Shown here: piece by piece, positions 1 through 12,643 of the stretch
How the letters are laid out: each line of letters starts with the position of its first letter
Numbering within the stretch: position 1 is the stretch's first letter
The notes under the pieces: model-generated
The model's input: only the letters and a program-made list of their open reading frames with translations
Databases searched by the model: none
What the model was told of the DNA's origin: nothing
Position numbers and translations under genes: made by a program
NCBI RefSeq assembly: GCF_001194135.2
Contig: NC_068992.1
Coordinates: 9,999,444-10,063,443, forward strand
Source of the DNA: Octopus bimaculoides
Taxonomy: Eukaryota
Reading direction: 5' to 3'
DNA: 64,000 nucleotides

Positions 1-45
<45 letters not shown>

Positions 46-1691
46 TGTATATATGTGTGTGTGTTTCTGTGTATATGTGTGTATATATATATATTTATAT
101 ATGTTATATATATGGATATATACACAACTGCACACGTGCGCACGTACACACACACACACAGACATACACACACACACATGGGCATACACTGGTGTCCCAT
201 AAATGAAGCAGCTTTTTTAATATGTTTCATTAGAACAGCTTGACACTGTTATGGTACACTAACACATATTGATGATATCTTAAATCAGAATCTGAAAGCG
301 AACCAGTTGCTTTTCCCCTTCCAAAGTTTTCTGTGAAGTTTCACTAAACTTAAACACTAAATTTTCTCAAATATTTTCCTCTGGGGATTTTTATGTTTTG
401 CAATCTCGTTTTTTTCATTTACATTTAGTTAGAAGAAAAGCCTTGGTGCCATGTCACGATGACATCTGGAACCACAGACTTATGATGTTAATGTGGTTAC
501 TGTATGGCTGGGATGTTAGGAAATTTATGTGTAGGAGAAACAGAGACAGAGAAAACTAGTTTGACTTACCAGAAATAGCTGCCAAATTTCCTACAAATCA
601 CTATTATGAAAAGATGGGAGGGTCTTAAGTGGAATGCTTTTGATCATAAATCTGTATGATCAGGGCTGGCCTGGTGTTGAATAACAAAACTATACAGAAA
701 TATTATGAGTTTTTATTCAAGTGTTGAGTTGCTCTTCTTAGAGGAATGGGCAGCAGAAAGCTGCACAAGGTGGAGCAATGACAGGTCTGTGATGGCCTTA
801 AATGTCTACCCTGGAGATATCAGTAAGTGCATCTTCCCCAGTCGAAGAGAGTCAGGAAACCTTTAAACCACCTCCCGTGATTGGGATCAGGGCGTGGAAT
901 TAACCCTGTAAACTAAAAATTTCCAGTAGGTATGGGCCATTGGCCCACGTTGATCATATCCCTACCCTTTGTACTTACTGTCCATCGCTATCACTGATTG
1001 AATGGTTCAGTGAGATCCTTGGATTTGGCTGATGAGTCTGCTTGAGCACATCAACATTCTGCACAGTTGTTGGCATTTTACTGATGGTCCGGAGAAGCTG
1101 ACTGAGCCAGATTGCTTTGAGGAAATAAAAGTCAAATATTCTCATAGTCATAATGTACAAAAAGTGGGATGGTCAAAGCTGGAGTGGCTTTGCACATGTT
1201 TGTACATTAAACAACACCAGCAGTATAGACAAATAGAGAGCCTTTATTCAGGCTCTTCAAATCATAACTATGATACAGGAAAAGTGGGATGCCAAAGCTG
1301 GAATGCATTCGATATTAGTTCTGTATGATCATGGAAGCCTGGTGTTGAACAACAATGATGACGATGATAATGATGACAGCGACGGTGGTGGCATCGGCGT
1401 CGGCATTGGCATCAATGATGACAACAGTGGCAACAGTAAAAACAACATAAACAAATAGGGAAATATTTGGTGACTGTAATTGTGAAGCCAAGTAATTTTA
1501 GTGACTTTGGAGGTTTTAGTTGCATGCTGTCCAAGGATAGGAGTGGTGGAATATAAGATTACATAAGAATGGTGCTTGTGTATTGAAATCTGAGGAGTGA
1601 AGTGGAAGTTTCATCAGCACAGGAGAACATGTGTTGCTCAAAATGATGGTGAAGAGCCTCAAGAGGCCTAACATGCAGAAGGATGGGCATT

Positions 1692-1760
1692 TTGAACCTG
1701 GGTTCTCATTCCTAAGGTATTTTTCAATGTTATTATCATTATTATTATTATTATTATTAC

Positions 1761-1799
<39 letters not shown>

Positions 1800-1995
1800 G
1801 ATTATTATTATTATTATTATTATAATTATTCATGTTACTGCCTGGAATTGCACTCAGAATCTTAGGGTTAGTAGCCCACGTTCTTAACCACTACACCATA
1901 TGCCCGATGAAGGCTGGAGGGTATATCAGCCGAAACGTTGTGTTAACAACAAACAAAATGAGGACAAATATCTGTCAAATGTAAATAATGTATAA
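1692..1995. mobile_element. Bipartite short element: tRNA-like head + (AAT)n on the - strand, joined to a hammerhead-like (Penelope-type) segment on the + strand
   Basis: The - strand from 1905 reads GGGCATATGGTGTAGTGGTTAAG (A box), anticodon-like arm GGG-CTACTAA-CCC, GAGTGCAATTCC (decayed B box), then (AAT)n. The + strand from 1904 reads CCGATGA-A-GGCTG-loop-CAGCC-GAAACGTT. Confidence 0.6.
1904..1944 (+). ncRNA. Minimal hammerhead ribozyme-like motif (5' arm of stem I lost, U4 to C)
   Basis: Core CCGAUGA, 5-bp stem II GGCUG/CAGCC, GAAA, palindromic ACGU stem III, GUU cleavage triplet. Confidence 0.45.
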
Positions 1996-2589
1996 AAAAA
2001 CCCTTATCAAAAGAATATGGTTTAGAAATGTGAGTTTATGTAGATTCTAACATTTAGATTGCTGAATGGGCAGTGACCCTGTTTTGTCTGGTGAATGTGT
2101 TAGCAGCAGCAATTCCTCAAAAATGGCATTGTCAGTGGCCATGGAGTCATAGTAGTAATGGTGTTGGATGGCTAGTTCTAGGTTGGCCACAAGACATTAG
2201 TTGACCAGGGGCTAGAGTGGAAGGCACTTGCCCAAGGTGCCGTGCCTTGGAACTGAACCCAAAGCCAAATGGTTGCAAACTGAGCTTCTTAACCAACAAC
2301 CATGCTGACACTGTGAATTCTGAAGTGAATATAGATGCAAATGTTATGTTGTGGTTTTATCTAAAGAGATCTCAGCCACGACTAAGCTGTACCAACTCAG
2401 AATAATCACAGATCTCTATCTCAGCCAAGACTAAAGCCTGACGGCTTAGCCATGGCTACAGGGTCACAAGCCACTTCACTTCTGAATAGCTGCTGACTCT
2501 GTATAAGATGTTGGTCTACATTAGATTGGATGACAGTTCATGTGTCCAGCAACAGCACAGTCGATATGCATAACATTTCCCAACTGCAT

Positions 2590-2593
<4 letters not shown>

Positions 2594-2636
<43 letters not shown>
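2594..2636 (+). repeat. Poly(A) run, 43 nt
   Basis: Read directly from the sequence. Confidence 0.95.
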
Positions 2637-2639
<3 letters not shown>

Positions 2640-3889
2640 AAAAGAGAACAAAAACAAAAAAAAAGGAGACCATTCTGCTAACATTCTCAGGAATGCTACA
2701 GCAACTTATATACCATTATACTCAATCCTCCTCGTTGTCGTCATCGTCAGCATCATTACCATTGCCGGCATCATCATCATTATCATTGTTATCATCATCA
2801 TCATCACTGCTACCACATGTTTTTGGCTTGGGATTATATCTACAGCTTAGCTATGTTGTTATAGTTGTTGTTGTTGTTTAACCACAGCTTAGCTCTCTTC
2901 AAGCTGACCAAATAAAGAAGGCATTCCAACAATGACTATCCTGTCATTTTACAGATACGATTTTATCAAAGGCTATATTATCCAATATGTCCTTAAATAT
3001 CAAAGGCTATATTGTCCAATATGTCCTTAAATATTTTTAAGATGGCAGAATTAAATTTGAAGAGTTAGTTTCCATTTTGGTAGGTTGAGTAACAATATAT
3101 AAGCTACCTTATTGATTTGCTGCTTTGTGTTTTTGTAGTCAGGCCTCAAACTCTGGAAACCATTTGTAATATATTCAGAAGATAGAGATGACAAATATTA
3201 TTACTGTAATTAATTATATATTCCACCACAAAACATGGTGGAAAGTATTTGATTTAATCTCTTCTGTGTATGTCAACATACTTTGTCTTTTAAAAGAAGT
3301 TTGTTTTAGTTATAAGCCAAACGTAGTGAGAATACATAATCAAGAACAGGACTATTGGGGTTTTAAGTTTCTGTTCACGAGCTCTTGTTGAGTTTGGTTT
3401 TAACTCAAGACAATCTTCACAGAAATATTCTGTTTAACTACACATAATCGATTACGTCATAGACTGTTTGTGAAAAATATAATGAATAAAATTTTACTTT
3501 AACACTGTATGCAGTGCAATCAATATATGACTTGGCTTTGCCCATTGGCACAGAATACTCAGACTTTCTCAGAAGTTCTTTGAAGGAGAAAGCTATGGAA
3601 TCTTGAGAAATTATTGGAGGATAAAGTAAGTCTGAAAAGTCAAAAGTCTACCTTGATTCTACAATCTCACGAGGCCAATGAGCTTGTAATCCAATTTACT
3701 GGATTACAAGACTCCTTCCTCTGAACAGGACACCAGTCTGTTGCCGGTTTGACCTTCAGGTACCACTGGTACTCGTTTTTAACTCTGAGTGTGCTTGAGT
3801 AACATGGAAAGAAGTCAATTGCTGAAGAATGCAATGTACCACCTAGTCCAAGAACCAAACACTTGATGAAACAATCATGAAGCCAATAC

Positions 3890-4112
3890 TCTGATGAGCA
3901 GTACAGTGAGGAATGCATGTGCCAGGTTTCAAAGCAATTTTGAGACTATGTTGGAAGCTGAGGGTGGCTGCTTTGAAGAAACTGTTATCTATCTCCAAGC
4001 CGTAATCTGCTGGATATTTTTTTTATTTTTTAAAAAAACTTTTATTTTTAGATGGGATATTGTATATTTTACCTTTTATGCACACTGTCAAATTTAGCCT
4101 GAACATCCTGTA
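3890..4112 (+). mobile_element. Tc1/mariner transposase C-terminal fragment with probable right end
   Basis: NACARFQSNFETMLEAEGGCFEE resembles the mariner C-terminal motif; ends ..gaacatcctgta. Confidence 0.55.
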
Positions 4113-4859
4113 CATGTGTGTGTGTGCATGTGTGAATGTATGTTTGAGTCTTCTTGTCTTGACATAATGTGTCAGCCGTTAGCGAGTGTCACCATCATAC
4201 AAACAGTGTCATTCATCTCCAGTCTTCTTTGTAAAAATTTCCTGCCAAGGGCTAATATTACCTTGAAAACAGGTGAGGGTTTGTGACAGGAAGGGCATTC
4301 AGTTGTAAAACAAGCTGCTGCAAGGAATTCCATCTGATTCAAGCAAGTATGGAAAAAGTGAGCATTATAACTTCTATGATGATGATGATAATGTTGAGGA
4401 GTGATTAATGCCATTATCCCATCTTCTTATATCTAAGTATATGAGATTAACTCTGCACATGTTTTTTTGTTTCACTGAATGCCATTTACAATCGTGTAAC
4501 TTTGGCATATCCACCATAGTGTTAATGAACGAATCACTACACACATTGACATAAATGTATATTTGTTGGCATAGAAAAAAATGAATCATTAGGAATTTAA
4601 ATAGCTCCAAGAAACTCCATGCATTATAAATGATACTTACTGGGATAAAATCATATATTATGCAACGAGCATTAAGAAGCTACAAATATGCAGTGAGAGA
4701 TTGCAAAATGCTTTTCTTATTCATGGACACATTTTCTTATTCATAGCAATTGCTAATCATTTTAAGCCTTAAAAATGGAAAAACTTTTGCATTTCTTGAA
4801 GGTAAATTTCGAATTCATTTACATTCTGTATACTGAGCTGGTTAAAACAGTTGATACGC

Positions 4860-5430
4860 TTACACTTGTAAAGCCTTCATCTTTGGTGTTACAAGGAGTT
4901 TTGTTGGTCCCTTGCTCAACTGTTCCCCACACATAATAATCAAGGGGGTTGCAGTGTTGGGAGTTAAGTGGCCAGACAGGGTCCTTGCTTGTGTGGCCAT
5001 GGTGCAAAATCCCGTTGCCAGACATAGGGTGTTCCAGCAGCCACCTCTTGACCCAGGGAAGCACTACCTTCTCCAGATGCTTAATGTAGCCCTCCGTGTT
5101 GAGTGTGAGGCCTTGTGGAAAGATGAATGGAGGTATAATGTTGCCATCACTAGTGATCGCTCCAAACACCATGATGTTGCCTGGATGTTTGATTTTTATC
5201 CCTTTTGGTACATGTTTGTATTGATATATGTTCATACTGGAGCTAAGCAGTACAGCATGTTGTTTCCAAATTTCTGGCTGAGTGAATTGCTTCCTGGCGC
5301 TGGTTTTTTCACAGACGGTGCCCAACCGACCCTACTATACTGTGTAGTCAACAAAATCGAAAACAAGCAATGCACATGCACAAAATTAGAAATATGAAAT
5401 GGCAGCAATTTATCCATCGCACCTTTATGT
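4860..5430 (-). mobile_element. Second, 3'-truncated copy of the same DD37D (maT-type) element
   Basis: ORF 4819-5325 contains KHPGNIMVFGAITSDG...NPLDYYVWGTVEQGTNKTPCNTK; the 5' end is collinear with 15480-15557. Confidence 0.8.
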
Positions 5431-5825
5431 AAGTGTGTGTGTGTGTGTGTGTGTGTAACAATATGCGCATGTATGTGTGTCTGTGTGCTTGTGTGTGCCT
5501 GCATGTATGTATATTTATATATAAATGTATAAAGTACACACACTACATACACACGTAAATATATGAATATATGTACATCATTAATTTTTCATACGTATAT
5601 GTATGTATGTATGTATGTATGAAAGTATGTATATATGTATGTAGTGGCTTCACCAGATGTCTTATATAAATATACTGCTTAATAAAATGAAATGCAACAT
5701 TGACTTTCCAATTAATGTAGACCTTACATTTTATGCATATACGTACATACATACATATATATATATAATGTATAAATGATATATATGTATGTATGTATGT
5801 ATATGTATGTATGTATGTATGTATG

Positions 5826-5859
<34 letters not shown>

Positions 5860-6442
5860 AACAAATAGTAAATGAGTATATGCATATATACGTACAGGTA
5901 TGTGCATACCGACATCCACCTGTATGTATAGGTGCATATCTGGGTACAGGACATTGCAAACAAACGTAGACGAGAACACACGAGCCACATAGAGAACATT
6001 CTCCNNNNNNNNNNNNNNNNNNNNNNNNNNNNNNNNNNNNNNNNNNNNNNNNNNNNNNNNNNNNNNNNNNNNNNNNNNNNNNNNNNNNNNNNNNNNNNNN
6101 NNNNNNNNNNNNNNNNNNNNNNNNNNNNNNNNNNNNNNNNNNNNNNNNNNNNNNNNNNNNNNNNNNNNNNNNNNNNNNNNNNNNNNNNNNNNNNNNNNNN
6201 NNNNNNNNNNNNNNNNNNNNNNNNNNNNNNNNNNNNNNNNNNNNNNNNNNNNNNNNNNNNNNNNNNNNNNNNNNNNNNNNNNNNNNNNNNNNNNNNNNNN
6301 NNNNNNNNNNNNNNNNNNNNNNNNNNNNNNNNNNNNNNNNNNNNNNNNNNNNNNNNNNNNNNNNNNNNNNNNNNNNNNNNNNNNNNNNNNNNNNNNNNNN
6401 NNNNNNNNNNNNNNNNNNNNNNNNNNNNNNNNNNNNNNNNNN

Positions 6443-6498
<56 letters not shown>

Positions 6499-9264
6499 CT
6501 TCTTTTCTTTTTATTTATTTTTTTACTAACAATTCAGAGTTAATGAATAACAACTTCCAAAATAACTTATGGCCTAAGATCATCCTCATCTTTGGCATCA
6601 CAATTACCAATATCATCATCATCATCATTATTATTATTAATATGATTATTAAGGTGGTAAGCTGACAGACTCAGTAGGATGGTGGACAGATTGCTTAGCG
6701 GTATTTTATCCATCTTTATGTTCCAAGTTCAAATTCTGCTGAGGATTACTTTACCTTTTGGGGGTCAATGAAATAAGTACCAGTTGAACACTAAGACCAA
6801 TGTAATTAACTAACCCCTCCACTAAAATTTCAGGCTTTCTGCCAATTAAAAAGGAGCATTCTGTCGGTTATGACAACAAGGGTTCCAGCTGGTATGATCA
6901 ACGGAACAGCTTGCTCGTGAAATTAATGTGCAAGTGGTTGAGCACTCCACAGACACATGTACCCTTAACATAGTTCTCAGGGAGATTCAGCATGACACAA
7001 AGTGTGACAAGGCCAGCCCTTTGAAATACATAGTTATATATATATATATAAATAGATATGCATANNNNNNNNNNNNNNNNNNNNNNNNNNNNNNNNNNNN
7101 NNNNNNNNNNNNNNNNNNNNNNNNNNNNNNNNNNNNNNNNNNNNNNNNNNNNNNNNNNNNNNNNNNNNNNNNNNNNNNNNNNNNNNNNNNNNNNNNNNNN
7201 NNNNNNNNNNNNNNNNNNNNNNNNNNNNNNNNNNNNNNNNNNNNNNNNNNNNNNNNNNNNNNNNNNNNNNNNNNNNNNNNNNNNNNNNNNNNNNNNNNNN
7301 NNNNNNNNNNNNNNNNNNNNNNNNNNNNNNNNNNNNNNNNNNNNNNNNNNNNNNNNNNNNNNNNNNNNNNNNNNNNNNNNNNNNNNNNNNNNNNNNNNNN
7401 NNNNNNNNNNNNNNNNNNNNNNNNNNNNNNNNNNNNNNNNNNNNNNNNNNNNNNNNNNNNNNNNNNNNNNNNNNNNNNNNNNNNNNNNNNNNNNNNNNNN
7501 NNNNNNNNNNNNNNNNNNNNNNNNNNNNNNNNNNNNNNNNNNNNNNNNNNNNNNNNNNNNNNNNNNNNNNNNNNNNNNNNNNNNNNNNNNNNNNNNNNNN
7601 NNNNNNNNNNNNNNNNNNNNNNNNNNNNNNNNNNNNNNNNNNNNNNNNNNNNNNNNNNNNNNNNNNNNNNNNNNNNNNNNNNNNNNNNNNNNNNNNNNNN
7701 NNNNNNNNTTTTACTTTATTCCCCCCCCCTCTCTCCTTCCCTGTTTGGTTACTAACCGCATTGTTTTGGTCGGATTTAAACATCTTTATATGAGAAGTTT
7801 CAAGGAAGCACCTACTTTGCTATGTTACTTCATGGCAGCTCCATAGATTGATTGCTTTCTCCTGGCATTATTGATGTTTTCACATCTGTTTCCAGCATGT
7901 CTGTGATGTCCTAGTCGGTGTTTATGTTTTTATCTTCTATTTATTTATTGCTGTTAGTATTCTATCTTGAAGTTTTATCTTTGGGATGGTGTTTCATTGA
8001 TCTTATCCAAAGATTTTCAATTGATTTTTATTTCTCTAACTATTTCTAACTTCAGATTATTGTTAGATTTTCAAGTTCCTCTGCTTTCAGCTGTCTTTCC
8101 TCACTTCTTTCATTATTCATTTACAATTCATATTTTCATTTGTCTCGTTGTTCTGTTTCAGCTTATGTCGGTTGATATTCTATAGGTATGCACCTCTGAT
8201 TTGAATCTGTGTGTGTGTGTGTGCACGCGCATGTGTGCGCGTATGTATGTGTCTGTCTGTCTGTCTGTTTGTGTATGTGTTTGTGTGTGTGTCTGTGTGT
8301 GTGTGTATGTGTCTCTGTGTGTGTGCCTATGTGTATGTGTTTGTGTGTTGGTAGGTGGATGTGTCTGCGTATATGTGTCTGTGTGTGTGTCTGTGTGTGT
8401 GCCTGTGTGTGTGCCTGTGTGTGTATGTGTCTGCATGTATGTGTGTGTGTGTGTGTGTGTGTGTGCTTTGCTATTTGTTTTGGTTATTTTGATTGTGGTT
8501 ACACTACGTCTGTCTTTCTGGCTTATGTTTTTAATGTTTTTCCTTCTTTCATTGCTTGTATTTATACTGTTTGTTCTTGGTCATTTGTTTTCTTTATTCA
8601 AAATTCGGACAGAACTTATGGGATGACCTAATAGATCCATGGTAGTGTCGTGTCACTGGCATAGTGCTATACAAATCACTCAGCTATTTTAAAAAGCTCA
8701 GTCTACCAAGCTGTACAACAGGCAAAGAACAACTCAATAAGGTAGGCATTCATATCAGCACTGTTTCATAGTATTTAATAGTCAAAATATGTATTTTCTA
8801 TTTATAATTTACTCATAGTAATATCATCTGATTGAAGACGGGGGCGGTGGGGGGTGTCTTTGTTTTTGTATGTTCTGCACATCAGACTAAAAACAACGAA
8901 AACACGTCATGTCAATGCCAGAGCATAAATCACTGATTTCTCAGCTAATTGTTTATAAACCTGTTGACCTGTCACTCACATTCCCTACGAGCAAACTTGC
9001 GCTTGTAAACAATAATTCGCAGTTCTTTAGATTTAGGCATAAATCTTAATTCCATTCATGAGTCTATAAATTTAGCCATCATTTATAATCCCATACACAC
9101 ACGCACACACACACACAACATTTGATAATTAAATCAACCTTACCGATGCTTGTTACTCATTGAATTTGCCAGAGGGGTGGGGGTCAACATAGTTCACTTG
9201 TTAATGGAATAGATTTGGGTACAAAGATATTGATTTAACCTTACTAATTAGGAGACACTCATTA

Positions 9265-9302
<38 letters not shown>

Positions 9303-9522
9303 GCATTATAAACTAATGATCTCATTACAAAGTGAAACTAGAGTTTTATTTCCATTGGATAATTTATTGGACTGCCTGTTGGCTGCCATGGATCCTGTGT
9401 TCAATTTTTCTCTGTGTGTCACATTGTGTTTCTGGGTCAATACACCTAATCTTAAACCAAGTCACTTTCCTTTGATCTATGGTTCCAATTACAAGCATTT
9501 CGTTTTTTTCTTTTTTCTTTCT

Positions 9523-9559
<37 letters not shown>

Positions 9560-9746
9560 ATTCTTTGAATATATATTTTGTTTTTTTACCTTTTCCTTGT
9601 TTCAATCATTGAATGCTTGGGCACTGCTTTGAGAAAGGTTTTTAATTGAACAAATTGACCCTGGACCCGTTTTTTTTCTAAGCCAGGTCCTTATTTTGTC
9701 ATTCTTTTAAATAAACCAACACAAGATATCAAGCAATGGAGGAGCA

Positions 9747-9785
<39 letters not shown>

Positions 9786-10235
9786 CAGGCTTCTGCCAAC
9801 CAAATTTGCTTACAAGGCCTCAGTTAGCCTGAGGCTATAGTAGAAGACATTTGTCCAGGGTGTCACACAGTGGGACTGAACCCTGAACCATGTGGTTGGG
9901 AAGCAAGCTTCATACCATACAGCCCACATAACCACACCTTTGTGCCTATGTAAGAAAAAATAAAAAAATATGTCAAAAAGAGAAATTTAGCAGATTCTGC
10001 TAAAATTTCTGCAGAACAACACTGTTGGATAAAAATGCATTAATAGGAAGTTTTCATCAAAGATGTGGAGAGAAAGGATTAAGAAATATGTCCAATATTG
10101 TGTCTGTGGAATCAGGAGAAAGAGATCAGTGAGGATATTGAAAGGATTTTAAAGGATTTTAATGGAAATGGTAAGTGTTGTAGAAATGGTAGAAGAGAAA
10201 GAGAGAGAGAAAGAAAGAGAGAGAGAAGGAGAGAG

Positions 10236-10269
<34 letters not shown>

Positions 10270-10761
10270 ACAGCACATTTCATTACTACATAATAGACTG
10301 AATTAATATGACAGTCTCTATGTGATCACTTGATCTGTTAAATATAGCAGCCAAATACCCCTCGAATCACACACTACTGCCTAGAAGAAATATTGTAATC
10401 TTAGGCAGAACACCTTTGATCACCTTTTTGTGTGTGTGTGTGTGTGTGTGAGAGTATATGTGCATATTTGTGCTTGTCATTTATTGTTTGACTGTGTTCC
10501 TTTGTTTCTGTCCCTGCAACTTAAAAATTTTGTTTTGCAAAAAAAAAGAGAACTAATTTCATAAGTAGCTGGCTTAGCTTAATTACTGTGGAGTGAATTT
10601 GACTGACTAGCATTTTCAAGTCAGTGCTCCAGCATGGCCACAGTCTTGTGACTGAAACAAGTAAAAGAACAAAACAATGTGAAATGAATTTGAAGACACA
10701 ATGGAAGCATTTAACATTAAAGAAAACAAATGGCAGTTTTATGCATTTAATAAGCATAAAC

Positions 10762-10926
10762 ATGGATTGTGGCTATGTGGTCAAGAAGTTTGCTTCCCAA
10801 CCACATGGTTTTGGGTTCAGTTCTCCTGTATGGCACCTTGGACAGATGTCTTCTTCTATAGTCCTGGACCAATCAAAGGCTTATGAGTGGATTTGGTAGA
10901 CAGTAAATGAAAGAAGCCCATTGTAT

Positions 10927-10967
<41 letters not shown>

Positions 10968-11165
10968 CACACACATCTATTTGACAACTGGTGTTGGTTT
11001 GTTTATGTTCCTGTAACTTAGCAGGTTGGTAAAAAGGGAATGATACAATAAGTACCAGGTTTAACAAAGAAACATGATTACTGGAGTCAATTTGTTCAAC
11101 TAAAACCCGTTTAAAGTGGTGCTCCAGCATGGCCACAGTCTAATAACTGGAACAAGTAAAAAATA
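10762..11165 (+). mobile_element. Older full-length SINE family A copy with internal (CA)n
   Basis: Head, (CA)n and 3' body in order. Other partial copies at about 9620-9950, 12925-13200, 16830-17030, 37064-37270, 42500-42660, 43540-43770, 49370-49780, 61870-62030 and 62290-62480. Confidence 0.75.
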
Positions 11166-11717
11166 ACGGATGGAAATTGAAATGAGTGCATTCATGAAGC
11201 AAGGAATTAGCACAGGCCTCGATAGTAGTTAATGATGGACCATTAAAGACTAACAAGAATTAGTTCTTTTAGATAATTTTCTCTGATGCCAAATAACCAA
11301 CTCAACAGCTTGCCGCTTCTCTGTTAATAAACCCTGCAAAGATCCGACTGTAATATACTGGAGTGTGTGAAATGGAGTCATGAGAAAAAACACGTCTCTT
11401 TTAAATGATATTGGCTTTGAGCCGATTCCAATCAATATTTTTATATGACTATGTTAAGATGAAGTTCTATTTACAAATATTTCATGATAAAAATATAGAA
11501 TTTGTATATTGATTAATAAGATCAAGCTATAGTTTATCATTGATTGATGACCGACAGGCAAATATTTATGTCTCTCTGTCTAAATTGTCTCCAAGATATG
11601 GGCAAAAATACAAAAATAAAAAAAAAATTCTGATGAAATTTAAAACTATATGTATTTATTATCATAATAATAATAATAATAATGATAATAATAATGATAA
11701 AAATGATAATTAATAAT

Positions 11718-11777
<60 letters not shown>

Positions 11778-12602
11778 TAATAATAATGATAGTAATAGTT
11801 ATCACCATTATCATCACTGTTGCCACCACTACCACCACCACCACNNNNNNNNNNNNNNNNNNNNNNNNNNNNNNNNNNNNNNNNNNNNNNNNNNNNNNNN
11901 NNNNNNNNNNNNNNNNNNNNNNNNNNNNNNNNNNNNNNNNNNNNNNNNNNNNNNNNNNNNNNNNNNNNNNNNNNNNNNNNNNNNNNNNNNNNNNNNNNNN
12001 NNNNNNNNNNNNNNNNNNNNNNNNNNNNNNNNNNNNNNNNNNNNNNNNNNNNNNNNNNNNNNNNNNNNNNNNNNNNNNNNNNNNNNNNNNNNNNNNNNNN
12101 NNNNNNNNNNNNNNNNNNNNNNNNNNNNNNNNNNCACCACAACCACCACCACCACCTCCACCACAACCACCACCACCACCAATACCACCACAACCACTGC
12201 CCTACCGCTGCTACCACTGCCACCCCACCCTACCTTCCACCCCACCCCATCCTTCATCCCCACCATGATCACTGCCGTTATCATCACTGCCACCGTTACT
12301 GTCGTCGATGCTGTTATCGTTGGCATCAGCAGCATCACAATCAGCATCACCGGTGTCATCATCGTGATTGTTAATGGGTCTGCAGTACAGCATAGCATCA
12401 GTTATCTTGATCTTTCATCATCTGATGAGAGAAGCCAAGCATTAAGAGATCTGGACTTAGCCACTTCGTCCCTCATCCTCCTCGCACCTTCCTTGGTCTT
12501 CCATTTCCATCTTTACTCTTCACCAACAACACATACAACTTTTCATTCCAGCACTCAATCTCTATCATATCACAAGCCCATACCACTGCAGTCATCTGTC
12601 TG

Positions 12603-12643
<41 letters not shown>

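Noticed and set aside
1833-1905. tRNA gene (also considered at 61021-61095)
   Set aside because: A/B boxes are present but there is no proper acceptor stem, and each is embedded in a repeat; these are SINE heads.
2594-2636. Poly(A) as the tail of a processed pseudogene
   Set aside because: No recognisable upstream ORF, polyadenylation signal or TSD.
5543-7846. Long X-containing ORFs here and at every other gap
   Set aside because: Artefacts of reading through N runs and dinucleotide repeats (CV, HT, YI peptides).
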